From Narcine bancroftii (lineage: Eukaryota), in assembly GCF_036971445.1 (NCBI RefSeq), contig NC_091473.1, positions 57,288,001-57,352,000 of the forward strand: a stretch of DNA of 64,000 nt. Reading direction: 5' to 3'. Positions 40,233 through 52,061 of the stretch are shown one piece after another. Position numbers and translations under genes: made by a program. The notes beneath the pieces were generated by a model. It was not told where the DNA came from. It saw only the letters and a list, made by a program, of their open reading frames with translations, and did not search any database. Numbering within the stretch: position 1 is the stretch's first letter; each line of letters opens with the position of its first letter.

Positions 40233-40600
40233 TCTCTTTGGCTTGGCTTCGCGGACGAAGATTTATGGAGGGGTAAATGTCCACGTCAGCTGCAGGATGG
40301 TTTGTGGCTGGCAAGTCCGATGCGGGACAGGCAGACACGGTTGCAGTGGAAAATTGGTTGGTTGGGGTTGGGTGTTGGGTCTTTCCTCCTTTGTCTTTTG
40401 TCAGTGAGGTGGGCTCTGCGGTCTTCTTCAAAGGAGGTTGCTGCCCGCCGAACTGTGAGGCGCCAAGATGCATGGTTTGAGGCGATATCAGCCCACTGGC
40501 AGTGGTCAATGTGGCAGGCACCAAGAGATTTCTTTAGGCAGTCCTTGTACCTCTTCTTTGGTGCACCTCTGACACGATGGCCAGTGGAGAGCTCGCCATA
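40233..40600 (-). mobile_element. RTE LINE 3' fragment
   Basis: Homologous to 45080-45460. Confidence 0.9.
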
Positions 40601-41377
40601 CTTTGCTTGCCACTTCGTGTGGTTCCCATAGAATCCTTTTGTAACGAATCCCTACAGCCTTCACTGTCTGGACTGATGAATTGAGAAACCCAGCTAATGG
40701 AATGTTGCATTTAAAAAGTCAAACATTACAATATTTAAATCAAAATAGTCGGAACAAATGGCCCATTCATCTTTCAACGTTTCCAATCTCCATTAGTTCA
40801 CTTTGTTTCGTTGATAAAAACCAACTTCACTTTCCTTTCAAATGTCTTCAAAGTAATTGTCGCCTAATTTATGGAACACTTTCGTTATTAATCGTATGCA
40901 TAACTGCTAGAAGACTAGAAAGCGAAACTACTCAACACTCAGACATCCCACCTGGATGTTAATACATGCAAGAACGAAGACAATCCAATTAAAAGTTTTT
41001 TCCCTCTCTCGAGTTTCTCCAGCATATTGTACTTTACAGATTCCACAGCATCTGCAGCCTCCTGTGTGCTTCCAAAGTGTTTAAACATTGAATACTGAAA
41101 CTTCAACTTTTCTTTTGGATTTTGTTTTTCGAGAATATTAGATTGTTTATTTTATATACATTTTCATTAACAGTGCTTCACTAAAGTACAGTGATAATTC
41201 TTGCAGAATATTACAAGCTTGCTTGTTGCGTGACTACATATTGTATGTAAATGACCGCAGATCGAGTGATAAAAGACGAGAGAGAGAGAGAGAGAGAGGT
41301 TACGACGGCACAGTAGCATCAGCACGGTGCCAGTCACAACAGGGCAGAGAGCCTCGCTTTAATGCACCTACTACAAC

Positions 41378-41607
41378 ATGGCTGCGTGCATACATCTCCG
41401 CATTTCTCTTACTTGCCTGGTGCTCTCACTGACAGCGATTGCGGACAATGAGGCTATTTTTGCAGAGGAAAATCAGGCGGGGGAATCGGCTCTGCGAAGA
41501 CCGAAGGTCCTGCTCGCTATCATCGCCCGGAACGCAGCGCACACACTGCGCCATTATCTGGGCTGCATCGATCGGCTGGACTACCCCAAGGATCGCATCG
41601 CTCTCTG
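41378..41607 (+). CDS. COLGALT2: Procollagen galactosyltransferase 2 (GT25 family), coding exon 1 with signal peptide
   Basis: aacATGg start, hydrophobic leader, then ESALRRPKVLLAIIARNAAHTLRHYLGCIDRLDYPKDRIAL(W), with donor GTGAGA splitting the Trp codon (phase 2). AAHTL..LGC..RLDYPK fits COLGALT2 better than COLGALT1, and the divergent TSEN15 neighbour supports this. I found no exon 2 in the window. Confidence 0.9.
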
Positions 41608-42448
41608 GTGAGATTGCCTAAATATACTTTATTTCAGTCGAGGATTTATTGTACGTGATGAAGATATTAAATCCATGTCCAGCAGGATTTAAACGAAACC
41701 TATAAGGAAAGGTTCAGTCTGGTGAGGCTCCCGACAACCTATGCCCCGGTTAGCTACTGAATCAAATAAAGCCTATTAACCTCCCCCCCACCCCCAATTC
41801 AACGTGAACGAATACACGCTGCAGAATGTATATTCTTATACAGGGACAAAAAATGCTGTCCTGCTTTATCAGATTGTTTTATCCAAGAAGATTCCTGAAA
41901 ACTAGCGCAATGGTGATAGACTGAACCGGGTAACAGTCGACTTGTTGACAGGTTGATGGCTTGAATTGGCTTCACTTACATTGTAGGAGTTCGACCGAAG
42001 TGGGGTCTGTTTGTTTTAGCGGATTTCCGTGCCTCATAGGGTCTGGCGACTCTGTTGGGTTGACAACAGGTGAATGATTATAGAAATCTTTTACCGTTAT
42101 TGAGCGCTACATGTAGAGTGAATGGAACCTAGTTCTTAAGACATTGGGTGCCGGTCTGTGGCGGGACTTTGCTGGGTTGTTTTTGCGCCTCCCTCTATTA
42201 GGGGCGGCTTCATGCTCTGAAAATTCCCATCCCCTCTCATTTGCGAACCAGCACCACCACCACCCCCCCCCCCTCGCCCCAATCATCAGAACGGTTCGAA
42301 TCCCGGTTCCACAAATGCCCACTTTCCACAAGTGTGCACTTTGAACAGTTGGGCTCGGTATTTCAACGTGCAGTGGTGTAAAGATTTACCGCTGCAGTGT
42401 TAAGAGTCACAAGGGGTGAACACAAGGCCAGTGCATCACTAAACGTCC

Positions 42449-42466
42449 AACCCTAACCCTAACCCT
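42449..42466 (-). repeat. Short interstitial telomeric repeat (AACCCT)3
   Basis: aaccctaaccctaaccct read directly. Confidence 0.7.
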
Positions 42467-44505
42467 CAATGCTCAGAAGATCCGCACATAAAACAAAGCA
42501 GAAACCCGTTAATGTTCCGCGTCTGGCATTAAGAAGCATTTGATTAAGGGTTCCGATTCGAAACGTAAGCCTTTTTTCTCACGGATGCTGCTCGACCCGC
42601 TGAGTTCCTCCACAGAATAGTTGTGGTATGGTCAGAAGATACATTTTCCGAGCACTGCCCCAAAGTGAGCAAATTGTGCCTTTTTTTTTGTTCTTTTGCC
42701 AACCTTTCGCTTATTAATCTTAACGCCAGAAAAAAGAAGTTGGTCTGTGAGGACCAGGGGAGGCGGGATTGATGGGTGGCACGGTTGGCGTAGCGCTTAG
42801 CACAATGCTTTTACGGCGCCAGCGATCGGACGGGTCCTGGGTTTATATATTCTCTCTGTCTCTGGGTGGGTTTCCTCCCACCGTCCAAAACGGAGGCTAA
42901 TGGGGCAGCACGGACTCGTCGGTCAAAATGTCTGTCTAACTTTTTACAAACAATTCTGGAGCAAATGTTTGACTCGCGCCCGGACTCCGGCAGGCGGTAC
43001 TCAGCAGCTGGTGTTCCCTTCCCTGTGGAAGATAGCGAAGAACTGGAGGGGAAGAAGGGATCACTGTTTGAAAGGTGGACTGTGCGTCTGTATTTACACT
43101 TTACACACCAGCGCGGGATTTGCCTTTGCTCTTTCCTGGAAGTCTTTTTTTTAATGTACTAGAGGGTCTTGAAGGAGTTCAGGCAACCAGCTCTGCTGGT
43201 CATTTTTGCATTCAGTTAGCGGAGATAGAAGAATCTGGAATCCTGGCCAGGATTAAGCACTCATAAGTGCTCATTAAGCACAATGATGAATATTGAGGCA
43301 GATTTTAAAATAAAAAAAATCACCCTCTTGTTCTTGTCAGCGACAATAAACAATAATCTTACTCAATAGAGCCACTGTTTTAAAGTGGGTCCAGACCACG
43401 CAGCCCAGGGTTCAATCAGCTAACCAGCTCTTAATCCATGCGCCCTCGCTCAGAATCAACATTAATGGGGAGAAAGTGGAACGCATGGCTCACATGAGTA
43501 AGCACAACATTTAAAAATTGTTAACGAGAAAATGTTGGAAGTACTCAGAGAAAAACAGATAACGCGAAGGGGCATCAGAACCCATTCTGACTCCTCACTG
43601 CCGTGTTGGCAACACCACAGCTCCCCGGTTGTTGCAAGCAAATTTCTCAGTATATCTGGGGAAGGAGTGATTCATTCCATGTGACTCGTCAGCCAGTGCA
43701 GCGCAGAAGCAGCGCCGAGGCGCCCTGTCTGAACCTAAGCAGACGTCAACATCGGGCAGGCTGTCCCTTGAAAGATAACGTTTGTCCTCCGTTGGAATCG
43801 ACGCGCAGCCAGGAAAACTGAATCCCAGCACTTGCCGCTTCACCCACGTCAAGTTTCGACAACAGCCTGCACTGCAACGTGACGGGCAGGCGAATCAATC
43901 CTGCCCATCACTGGCGGCGGAGGACTTGTCCCCTCCGTCCAGCGGAACGGTGCCCGGGTGTCCAGGCGGACTCTGGAGACTGCTACTTGGGCGCAGCAAG
44001 GCGACGCGCTGACAAGGCTCCCTGCAATTGAGAGGGCGGCTCGGGAGCGAAAATAGCCGTCTTTGCTTAACTGCATCCGAGACTCGACCTCAAGGGTTTG
44101 ATATTGTACTTAAGTAGGGAATATAACCCGGTAGAAAACAGGGTGATCCCAGTGCCCCTACATCCAGCACGGAGCTAAGCGCCTCCCCTCGGTTATACGC
44201 GGGTTTGGGGGAGGTTTTAAATTTTTGAAAGCTCCCCTTGTGTAGTGTAGAAGTACCCCGTAAATTACACTTCCAGGTCCGTGTTCCCCCCCCCCCCCCC
44301 CCCCCCCCCCACACACACACATACGAGTTTATATGAAATAAATCCTGCCATCGGTGCCATGGGTTCTTTGAGTGAGGGTTTTCTTACTCGGCCTCCAGGC
44401 CACGAGCTGGATACCAGCTCCCAACAAGGATGGGAGCACACTGTATGAATGCACACTGTTGTCTCGGGAATTCCAATAATAATCTGTTTTGGGGATATTC
44501 TATAC

Positions 44506-45069
44506 CAGGGGTGGCCAAACTTGCTTAACATAAGAGCCGCGTACCATAAACTTCAGATGTTTGAGAGCCCACTAACACTATAGTTCTTCAAGTGCCTAGC
44601 AGGGAGTGAGCTGATGATAATCAGCCAGCGACTGACACCCCCCCTCCCCGCTGCCCGGGACCCAACTCCCCGCTGCCTGACAGCCCCACGGCGTGGACAT
44701 CAGGACTGGGGCAGCCGGCGCGGGAGAGGTTTCCCACCCCAGGAACAGTTTTGTTGGGGAAAGTATTTTCCAATCCTTGTCTTGCAAATCTTCCATTTGC
44801 AAAATGCTGATACACTGCAGACAGTGAAGAAGCCCTGTTTCAAAGGGAGCAATTTTGCAAAAGATTTTTTTTCTAATCAAGTATGCACACCAAACGTTCC
44901 CCCTAGGCACCTGAAAGCAACAAGGCAAAGCAGCTTTAGGTGCTTAGCAGAGGGCAGTCTGTTGACAGTCAGCTGGCGACCCGCTGGTGACAACCACCCG
45001 CCCCGCTGACGACACCTACCCTTCCGCGAGCCGCACATTACATGTCAAAGAGCCGTATGGCCACCCCTG
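44506..45069. mobile_element. hAT MITE
   Basis: TIRs caggggtggcca ... tggccacccctg, 8-bp TSD ttctatac (44498-44505; right copy displaced to 46942-46949 by the RTE). Confidence 0.88.
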
Positions 45070-45075
45070 TTCTAT

Positions 45076-46936
45076 TCTTTTCTTTGGCTTGGCTTCGCGG
45101 ACGAAGATTTATGGAGGGGGTAAAAAGTCCACGTCAGCTGCAGGCTCGTTTGTGGCTGACAAGTCCGATGCGGGACAGGCAGACACGATTGCAGCGGTTG
45201 CAAGGGAAAATTGGTTGGTTGGGGTTGGGTGTTGGGTTTTTCCTCCTTTGCCTTTTGTCAGTGAGGTGGGCTCTGCGGTCTTCTTCAAAGGAGGCTGCTG
45301 CCCGCCAAACTGTGAGGCGCCAAGATGCAGGGTTTGAGGCGTTATCAGCCCACTGGCGGTGGTCAATGTGGCAGGCACCAAGAGATTTCTTTAGGCAGTC
45401 CTTGTACCTTTTCTTTGGTGCACCTCTGTCACGGTGGCCAGTGGAGAGCTCGCCATATAATACGATCTTGGGAAGGCGATGGTCCTCCATTCTGGAGACG
45501 TGACCCATCCAGCGCAGCTGGATCTTCAGCAGCGTGGACTCGATACTGTCGACCTCTGCCATCTCGAGTACCTCGACGTTAGGGGTGTAAGCGCTCCAAT
45601 GGATGTTGAGGATGGAGCGGAGACAACGCTGGTGGAAGCGTTCTAGGAGCCGTAGGTGGTGCCGGTAGAGGACCCATGATTCGGAGCCGAACAGGAGTGT
45701 GGGTATGACAACGGCTCTGTATACGCTTATCTTTGTGAGGTTTTTCAGTTGGTTGTTTTTCCAGACTCTTTTGTGTAGTCTTCCAAAGGCGCTATTTGCC
45801 TTGGCGAGTCTGTTGTCTATCTCATTGTCGATCCTTGCATCTGATGAAATGGTGCAGCCGAGATAGGTAAACTGGTTGACCGTTTTGAGTTTTGTGTGCC
45901 CGATGGAGATGTGGGGGGGCTGGTAGTCATGGTGGGGAGCTGGCTGATGGAGGACCTCAGTTTTCTTCAGGCTGACTTCCAGGCCAAACATTTTGGCAGT
46001 TTCCGCAAAGCAGGACGTCAAGCGCTGAAGAGCTGGCTCTGAATGGGCAACTAAAGCGGCATCATCTGCAAAGAGTAGTTCACGGACAAGTTTCTCTTGT
46101 GTCTTGGTGTGAGCTTGCAGGCGCCTCAGATTGAAGAGACTGCCATCCGTGCGGTACCGGATGTAAACAGCGTCTTCATTGTTGGGGTCTTTCATGGCTT
46201 GGTTCAGCATCATGCTGAAGAAGATTGAAAAGAGGGTTGGTGCGAGAACACAGCCTTGCTTCACGCCATTGTTAATGGAGAAGGGTTCAGAGAGCTCATT
46301 GCTGTATCTGACCCGACCTTGTTGGTTTTCGTGCAGTTGGATAATCATGTTGAGGAACTTTGGGGGACATCCGATGCGCTCTAGTATTTGCCAAAGCCCT
46401 TTCCTGCTCACGGTGTCGAAGGCTTTGGTGAGGTCAACAAAGGTGATGTAGAGTCCTTTGTTTTGTTCTCTGCACTTTTCTTGGAGCTGTCTGAGGGCAA
46501 AGACCATGTCAGTGGTTCCTCTGTTTGCGCGAAAGCCGCACTGTGATTCTGGGAGAATATTCTCGGCGACACTAGGTATTATTCTATTTAGTAGAATCCT
46601 AGCGAAGATTTTGCCTGCAATGGAGAGCAACGTGATTCCCCTGTAGTTTGAGCAGTCTGATTTCTCGCCTTTGTTTTTGTACAGGGTGATGATGGTGGCA
46701 TCACGAAGATCCTGAGGCAGTTTACCTTGGTCCCAACAAAGCTTGAAAAACTCATGCAGTTTGGCATGCAGAGTTTTGCCGCCAGCCTTCCAGACTTCTG
46801 GGGGGATTCCATCCATACCTGCTGCTTTGCCACTTTTCAGTTGTTCGATTGCCTTATATGTCTCATCCAGGGTGGGAACCTCATCCAGCTCTAGCCTTAG
46901 GGGCTGTTGAGGGAGCTGTTGAGGGAGCTCCCAGCT
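45076..46936 (-). mobile_element. Young RTE-clade LINE, 5'-truncated, uninterrupted RT ORF (560 aa, 45134-46816)
   Basis: NYRGITLLS, SQCGFR, FVDLTKAFD, GVKQGCVLAPTLF, LFADD motifs and C-terminal CxxC...H. 11-bp TSD ccctgttctat (45065-45075 / 46937-46947). Confidence 0.96.
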
Positions 46937-47279
46937 CCCTGTTCTATACCAACGCAGTATTCCCCAGTCTCTCTTATCTCGTCCTTTCTTTATGTTGGTA
47001 CCTCATCATTTTTTTCAAAATTCAAATCCACCTAATCTACTGATTAGGAGTGGATTTTGGAGGACCCTGTTTGATACATTCCAAAATAACTCCAGCAAAT
47101 TTACCAAATATAATTTCTCATGCATAAAACCATTCTATCTGCTTGATTGCCTTATAATTTTCTAAACGACTTGCTGTCATCTTCTTTATAATAAATTGCA
47201 GCATTTTTTTATTACCAAAGATTGTTGTTAGACTGACTGGTCAAAAACGTTTTGCTTTTTGTCATTCACTCTCCCTTCT

Positions 47280-47850
47280 TTTTTTTGTAATATTTATTTA
47301 TCATTATAAATATATTTAACAATACCAAATGCAAAACATCAAGATAACTTCTCTTTCCATTCCCTCCCCTTTATATGTCCTATTAAACAGAGAAAGAATG
47401 AAGATAAAGAAACACAAAAAAAGCTAATTCCATTGTCAGTGCAGACAGTAAAACATGGAGACATGACAATACCACAGTGTTAAAATCTTCACAGAGCTCC
47501 ACTGGCTGGCCAGTAGTGATTGTAACCCTATACTGGTGCCAGTGAGATATCTATATGTTCTAAATAAGGCTGCCAGATTTTTAGGAAGGTGTTATATTCT
47601 TTCCTAAGATTGTATGTGACCTTTTCAAGTGGGATGCAGCTATTCATTTCTGAAGACGCCCTATCCATGAGTAGATGGGAATCAGACTTTCATATTACTG
47701 CTATGCACTTGGGCACACATAAGGCAATTTCTGTGAATTTAATTTGAATATAAGTTAGTGATCTACCAACTGTGGTAAAGAGCCCCAGAAGACAAAGCTC
47801 TGGATCTACTAGAAAGGTGACTCCCATGATCTTGGTTAAGATATGGGGGG
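47280..47850 (-). mobile_element. L1-type 3' end fragment
   Basis: T-tract with tttatt at the left. Reverse complement gives decayed IA.KCIA...W..E.NSCIPLEKVTYNLR...F.KIWQPY. Confidence 0.6.
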
Positions 47851-49199
47851 GGGGGGGGGGGGGAGGATAATATGTTTGTGGAGAGACAGCCATGATCATG
47901 CTGACAGGGAATTAAAGTAGAAAATACTGAGTTGGCTTGACAGCATCCATGGAGAGAGAAAGAGAATTAACATTTCAGGTTGATGACTTTTCATCAGATT
48001 TCTTATTGAAAGGAAGCAGGTTTGAATGGTCACATGGCCTACATCTGCTCTGGTTTCTTTAGTCTGACAGAGTTTTGGACCTGAAATGTTAACACTGCTT
48101 CTCTGACAACAGATGCTAAGTATCTTGCATAGGACGTTTCCAATGGTTTGCTGTTATTACTGGATAATTTTAATGAGGTGTCCTATAACAGTGAATTCTA
48201 AATTAGTTATGGAAAGCCTTATTTGAGGCAAACAATCTTATTATTAGGTTCAAAATCACATTGCGACTTGTACTTCATGAAAAAAATCCTTTAGGGTCTT
48301 CTGTAATCTTGCACAATACATGCTGCTGATGGATTTACGTCGCATTCCTGTCAGCATCTCACAATAGTTTTGTCAATTGTAATAATGGAATTCTAGGTCC
48401 ACCTCAATGCTTCCATTATCTTCATTAGAAAGTATAAATGACAGCATTCAACCTATAGTGTTTATATTCCATTTCCTTTCTTGCATGACTTGCTGGTATG
48501 AGCTCCAGTGCTGAGTTTTCCTTTATGCTATCATAGAACTGCCAGGACAGGAGTTATTAAATAACAGGAGGATTTACCTTAACGTGCAATCATTAATTCT
48601 ATGCAAAAGAAGCGCCGGTATGCCGAAATTGTAGTAACCTTGGAGTATAGGGGCTTATGCATATTTGTGTACTTTGAAAGTTTTTGTTATATTCCTTATT
48701 GCTTACGATGTGCTCTTAAGGGTTACAAAAACACCAAAGAATTATGCACAACATGACAGTATTTTTAGTTAAACAAGAAAATTAGCAGATGCTGTGATTG
48801 TAATTTAATACACAGAAGTGCTAGAGAAATTCAGCAGGTCACGCACTTTATGTAACAAAGATACATAACCAATATTTTGGGCTTGGGAAGGTATGAGCAA
48901 AAAGCACGCAAGTGCCTGAATAATATAGTGGGGGAGGGCAGGGGGAGGTGCAAGCAAGAGGTCATCAGTGAATCTGTATTTTTATATTCTTTTGCCCATT
49001 TTACTGGAGATATATTTTCACATTAACTCTAATGTGTATCCTTCATACAGTTCAGTCTTAACCCAATATCTTGGTCTTTTTGATACCAGGTTACTGGACA
49101 GAAAATAATTATTTAGATTTGACTTCTGCCTCGTGCTTCCACGACGATAAAATTGATGAACTTACCATGCGGTTCGTTCAGGTAGCTGGAAGGAACAAC

Positions 49200-49950
49200 G
49201 TGCAGGGACCATGAGTAATACAATAAATAGTCGGTTTCGTATGATACAATACACTTGGCTACATCGATTATATGTTACACCTCAAAATTTAAAAGAATGG
49301 AATCCAACAATATCGGACAGATGCTTCCGTTTTAAACAAGAAATTGGAACAACATTACATGCAATTTAAAATTTTTTTGAGAGGATTTAAACCTAATATT
49401 AAATAGAATTACAAAAAAAAGGATACTAAAAGACCCAAAAATCTTCCTGTTAAACAGCATAAAAGATAAAGAATAAGGTCTAAAATTAGACAGGGCTCAA
49501 AAAGATTTATTACGATTGTGCTTGCAGCAACAAAAAAGTGCATAATGATAACTTGGAAAACGGAAGCAACCTTAAAAATACAACGATGGTACATGGAAAT
49601 GAACAAGGGTATTTTATTTGAAAAAATTACCTACAATCTAAAAGATTTGGGGACCAAACATAGAATATGTTAGGAACCGCCAATTTCAAACCTCCATCTC
49701 TTGAAGTGATAAGATACAAGTATGAAAATAATTAAATATGAAATTTTGGATAACACGATTTACTTTTCTTTTTCTTCTATTGTTTATTTTTTCTTTCTCT
49801 TTCATTTTTTGCTTTGAGTTATAGGGGGTGGGAAGAGTGGGGGAAAAATGAAAATGTCACTGTGTATATTTTAATGCTGAATATTTCTATATATTGTTAT
49901 TAACATGGTTCACGATGAAGTATTAAATAAAAATTATTTTAAAAAATGCT
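49200..49950 (+). mobile_element. L1-type 3' end fragment
   Basis: PKNLP...LAATKKCIMITWK...WYMEM...EKITYNL, AATAAA and A-rich end. Confidence 0.65.
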
Positions 49951-50642
49951 GTTTAAATTTATCCTTTGTTACTCAGTCTTAAGCTGCCAACTTAATTTAT
50001 TGAGCAATAGCTGATGTAAATAGATAATATGTGTAACTGTTACTGTAAATTATGAACTGTGTTGGTAATATTTTATCTTTTAATTTTCTTTATAAGTGTC
50101 ATTGTTGATTCTCATCACTGAAGTGATAGAGTACACTTTACATCAAGTCTATTAAGAGCTTCCAAGAGTTGGGGAGCTTCTTTAAATACAAGTCCGATAC
50201 AAGTTGAAAAACAGATACGTCTTAAGTTAATAATTGCATTTCATAGTTTGATCCTCTCCTCAACCAAAATTACTTAGAATCAATTCAATGATGGGTAGAA
50301 ATTATTTTGGATCAATTTTTAAACTCCTTATATACACTGACACTCAATCAATTAAAACAAGTACAAAGATTGGTATTTGATAGTTAGCTATTGCTGAACA
50401 GACTTGCCTCTGGGCTATTTTGTGAGTTTACCTCCCATTCTGCAGAGAAGTGTTCAAAAATCTAAGTTAATACTCCAGTGTTTTACAAAGAGCTGGCCTT
50501 CAGTTGAGACACTCACCATGCCAAAATAATTTCTCAAATCATGGAAGATTAGCTGGTCATTATTGCAATGCTATTTATAAGTATGAAAATTAACAGATGC
50601 TTATCCCACACTGCCATATCAAGAAGTGCTACATTTGTTGGC

Positions 50643-50664
50643 AGGGTTAGGGTTAGGGTTAGGG
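50643..50664 (+). repeat. Telomeric repeat AGGG(TTAGGG)3 at the RTE 5' junction
   Basis: agggttagggttagggttaggg between the left TSD and the first RTE base. Confidence 0.9.
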
Positions 50665-52061
50665 CAGAGAACAAAACAAAGGACTCTACATCACCTTTGT
50701 TGACCTCACCAAAGCCTTCGACACCGTGAGCAGGAAAGGGCTTTGGCAAATACTAGAGCGCATCGGATGTCCCCCAAAGTTCCTCAACATGATTATCCAA
50801 CTGCACGAAAACCAACAAGGTCGGGTCAGATACAGCAATGAGCTCTCTGAACCCTTCTCCATTAACAATGGCGTGAAGCAAGGCTGTGTTCTCGCACCAA
50901 CCCTCTTTTCAATCTTCTTCAGCATGATGCTGAACCAAGCCATGAAAGACCCCAACAATGAAGACGCTGTTTACATCCGGTACCGCACGGATGGCAGTCT
51001 CTTCAATCTGAGGCGCCTGCAAGCTCACACCAAGACACAAGAGAAACTTGTCCGTGAACTACTCTTTGCAGATGATGCCGCTTTAGTTGCCCATTCAGAG
51101 CCAGCTCTTCAGCGCTTGACGTCCTGCTTTGCGGAAACTGCCAAAATGTTTGGCCTGGAAGTCAGCCTGAAGAAAACTGAGGTCCTCCATCAGCCAGCTC
51201 CCCACCATGACTACCAGCCCCCCCACATCTCCATCGGGCACACAAAACTCAAAACGGTCAACCAGTTTACCTATCTCGGCTGCACCATTTCATCAGATGC
51301 AAGGATCGACAATGAGATAGACAACAGACTCGCCAAGGCAAATAGCGCCTTTGGAAGACTACACAAAAGAGTCTGGAAAAACAACCAACTGAAAAACCTC
51401 ACAAAGATAAGCGTATACAGAGCCGTTGTCATACCCACACTCCTGTTCGGCTCCGAATCATGGGTCCTCTACCGGCACCACCTACGGCTCCTAGAACGCT
51501 TCCACCAGCGTTGTCTCCGCTCCATCCTCAACATCCATTGGAGCGCTCACACCCCTAACGTCGAGGTACTCGAGATGGCAGAGGTCGACAGCATCGAGTC
51601 CACGCTGCTGAAGATCCAGCTGCGCTGGATGGGTCACGTCTCCAGAATGGAGGACCATCGCCTTCCCAAGATCGTATTATATGGCGAGCTCTCCACTGGC
51701 CACCGTGACAGAGGTGCACCAAAGAAAAGGTACAAGGACTGCCTAAAGAAATCTCTTGGTGCCTGCCACATTGACCACCGCCAGTGGGCTGATAACGCCT
51801 CAAACCGTGCATCTTGGCGCCTCACAGTTTGGCGGGCAGCAGCCTCCTTTGAAGAAGACCGCAGAGCCCACCTCACTGACAAAAGGCAAAGGAGGAAAAA
51901 CCCAACACCCAACCCCAACCAACCAATTTTCCCTTGCAACCGCTGCAATCGTGTCTGCCTGTCCCGCATCGGACTGGTCAGCCACAAACGAGCCTGCAGC
52001 TGACGTGGACTTTTTTACCCCCTCCATAAATCTTCGTCCGCGAAGCCAAGCCAAAGAAAAG
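50665..52061 (+). mobile_element. Young RTE-clade LINE, 5'-truncated, open frame to stop at 52003
   Basis: Near-identical to the reverse complement of 45076-46472. 10-bp TSD acatttgttg (50631-50640 / 52062-52071). Confidence 0.96.

Larger units (their letters stand above)
41220..44300 (+). promoter_or_regulatory. CpG-enriched promoter, exon 1 and proximal intron 1 of COLGALT2
   Basis: Largely TE-free with visibly retained CpGs (41260-41600, 42750-43120, 43600-44260). (GA)n microsatellite at ~41278-41298. Confidence 0.55.

Noticed and set aside
42365-42402. Small hairpin tgcagtggt...accgctgca
   Set aside because: Stem too short to support an ncRNA call.
42776-42850. tRNA-like sequence
   Set aside because: SINE head with several decayed copies in the window and no complete cloverleaf.
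45134-46816. 560-aa intact RT ORF as a possible domesticated or novel host gene
   Set aside because: 5'-truncated, TSD-flanked, tailed, and near-identical to another copy, so it is a young LINE insertion.
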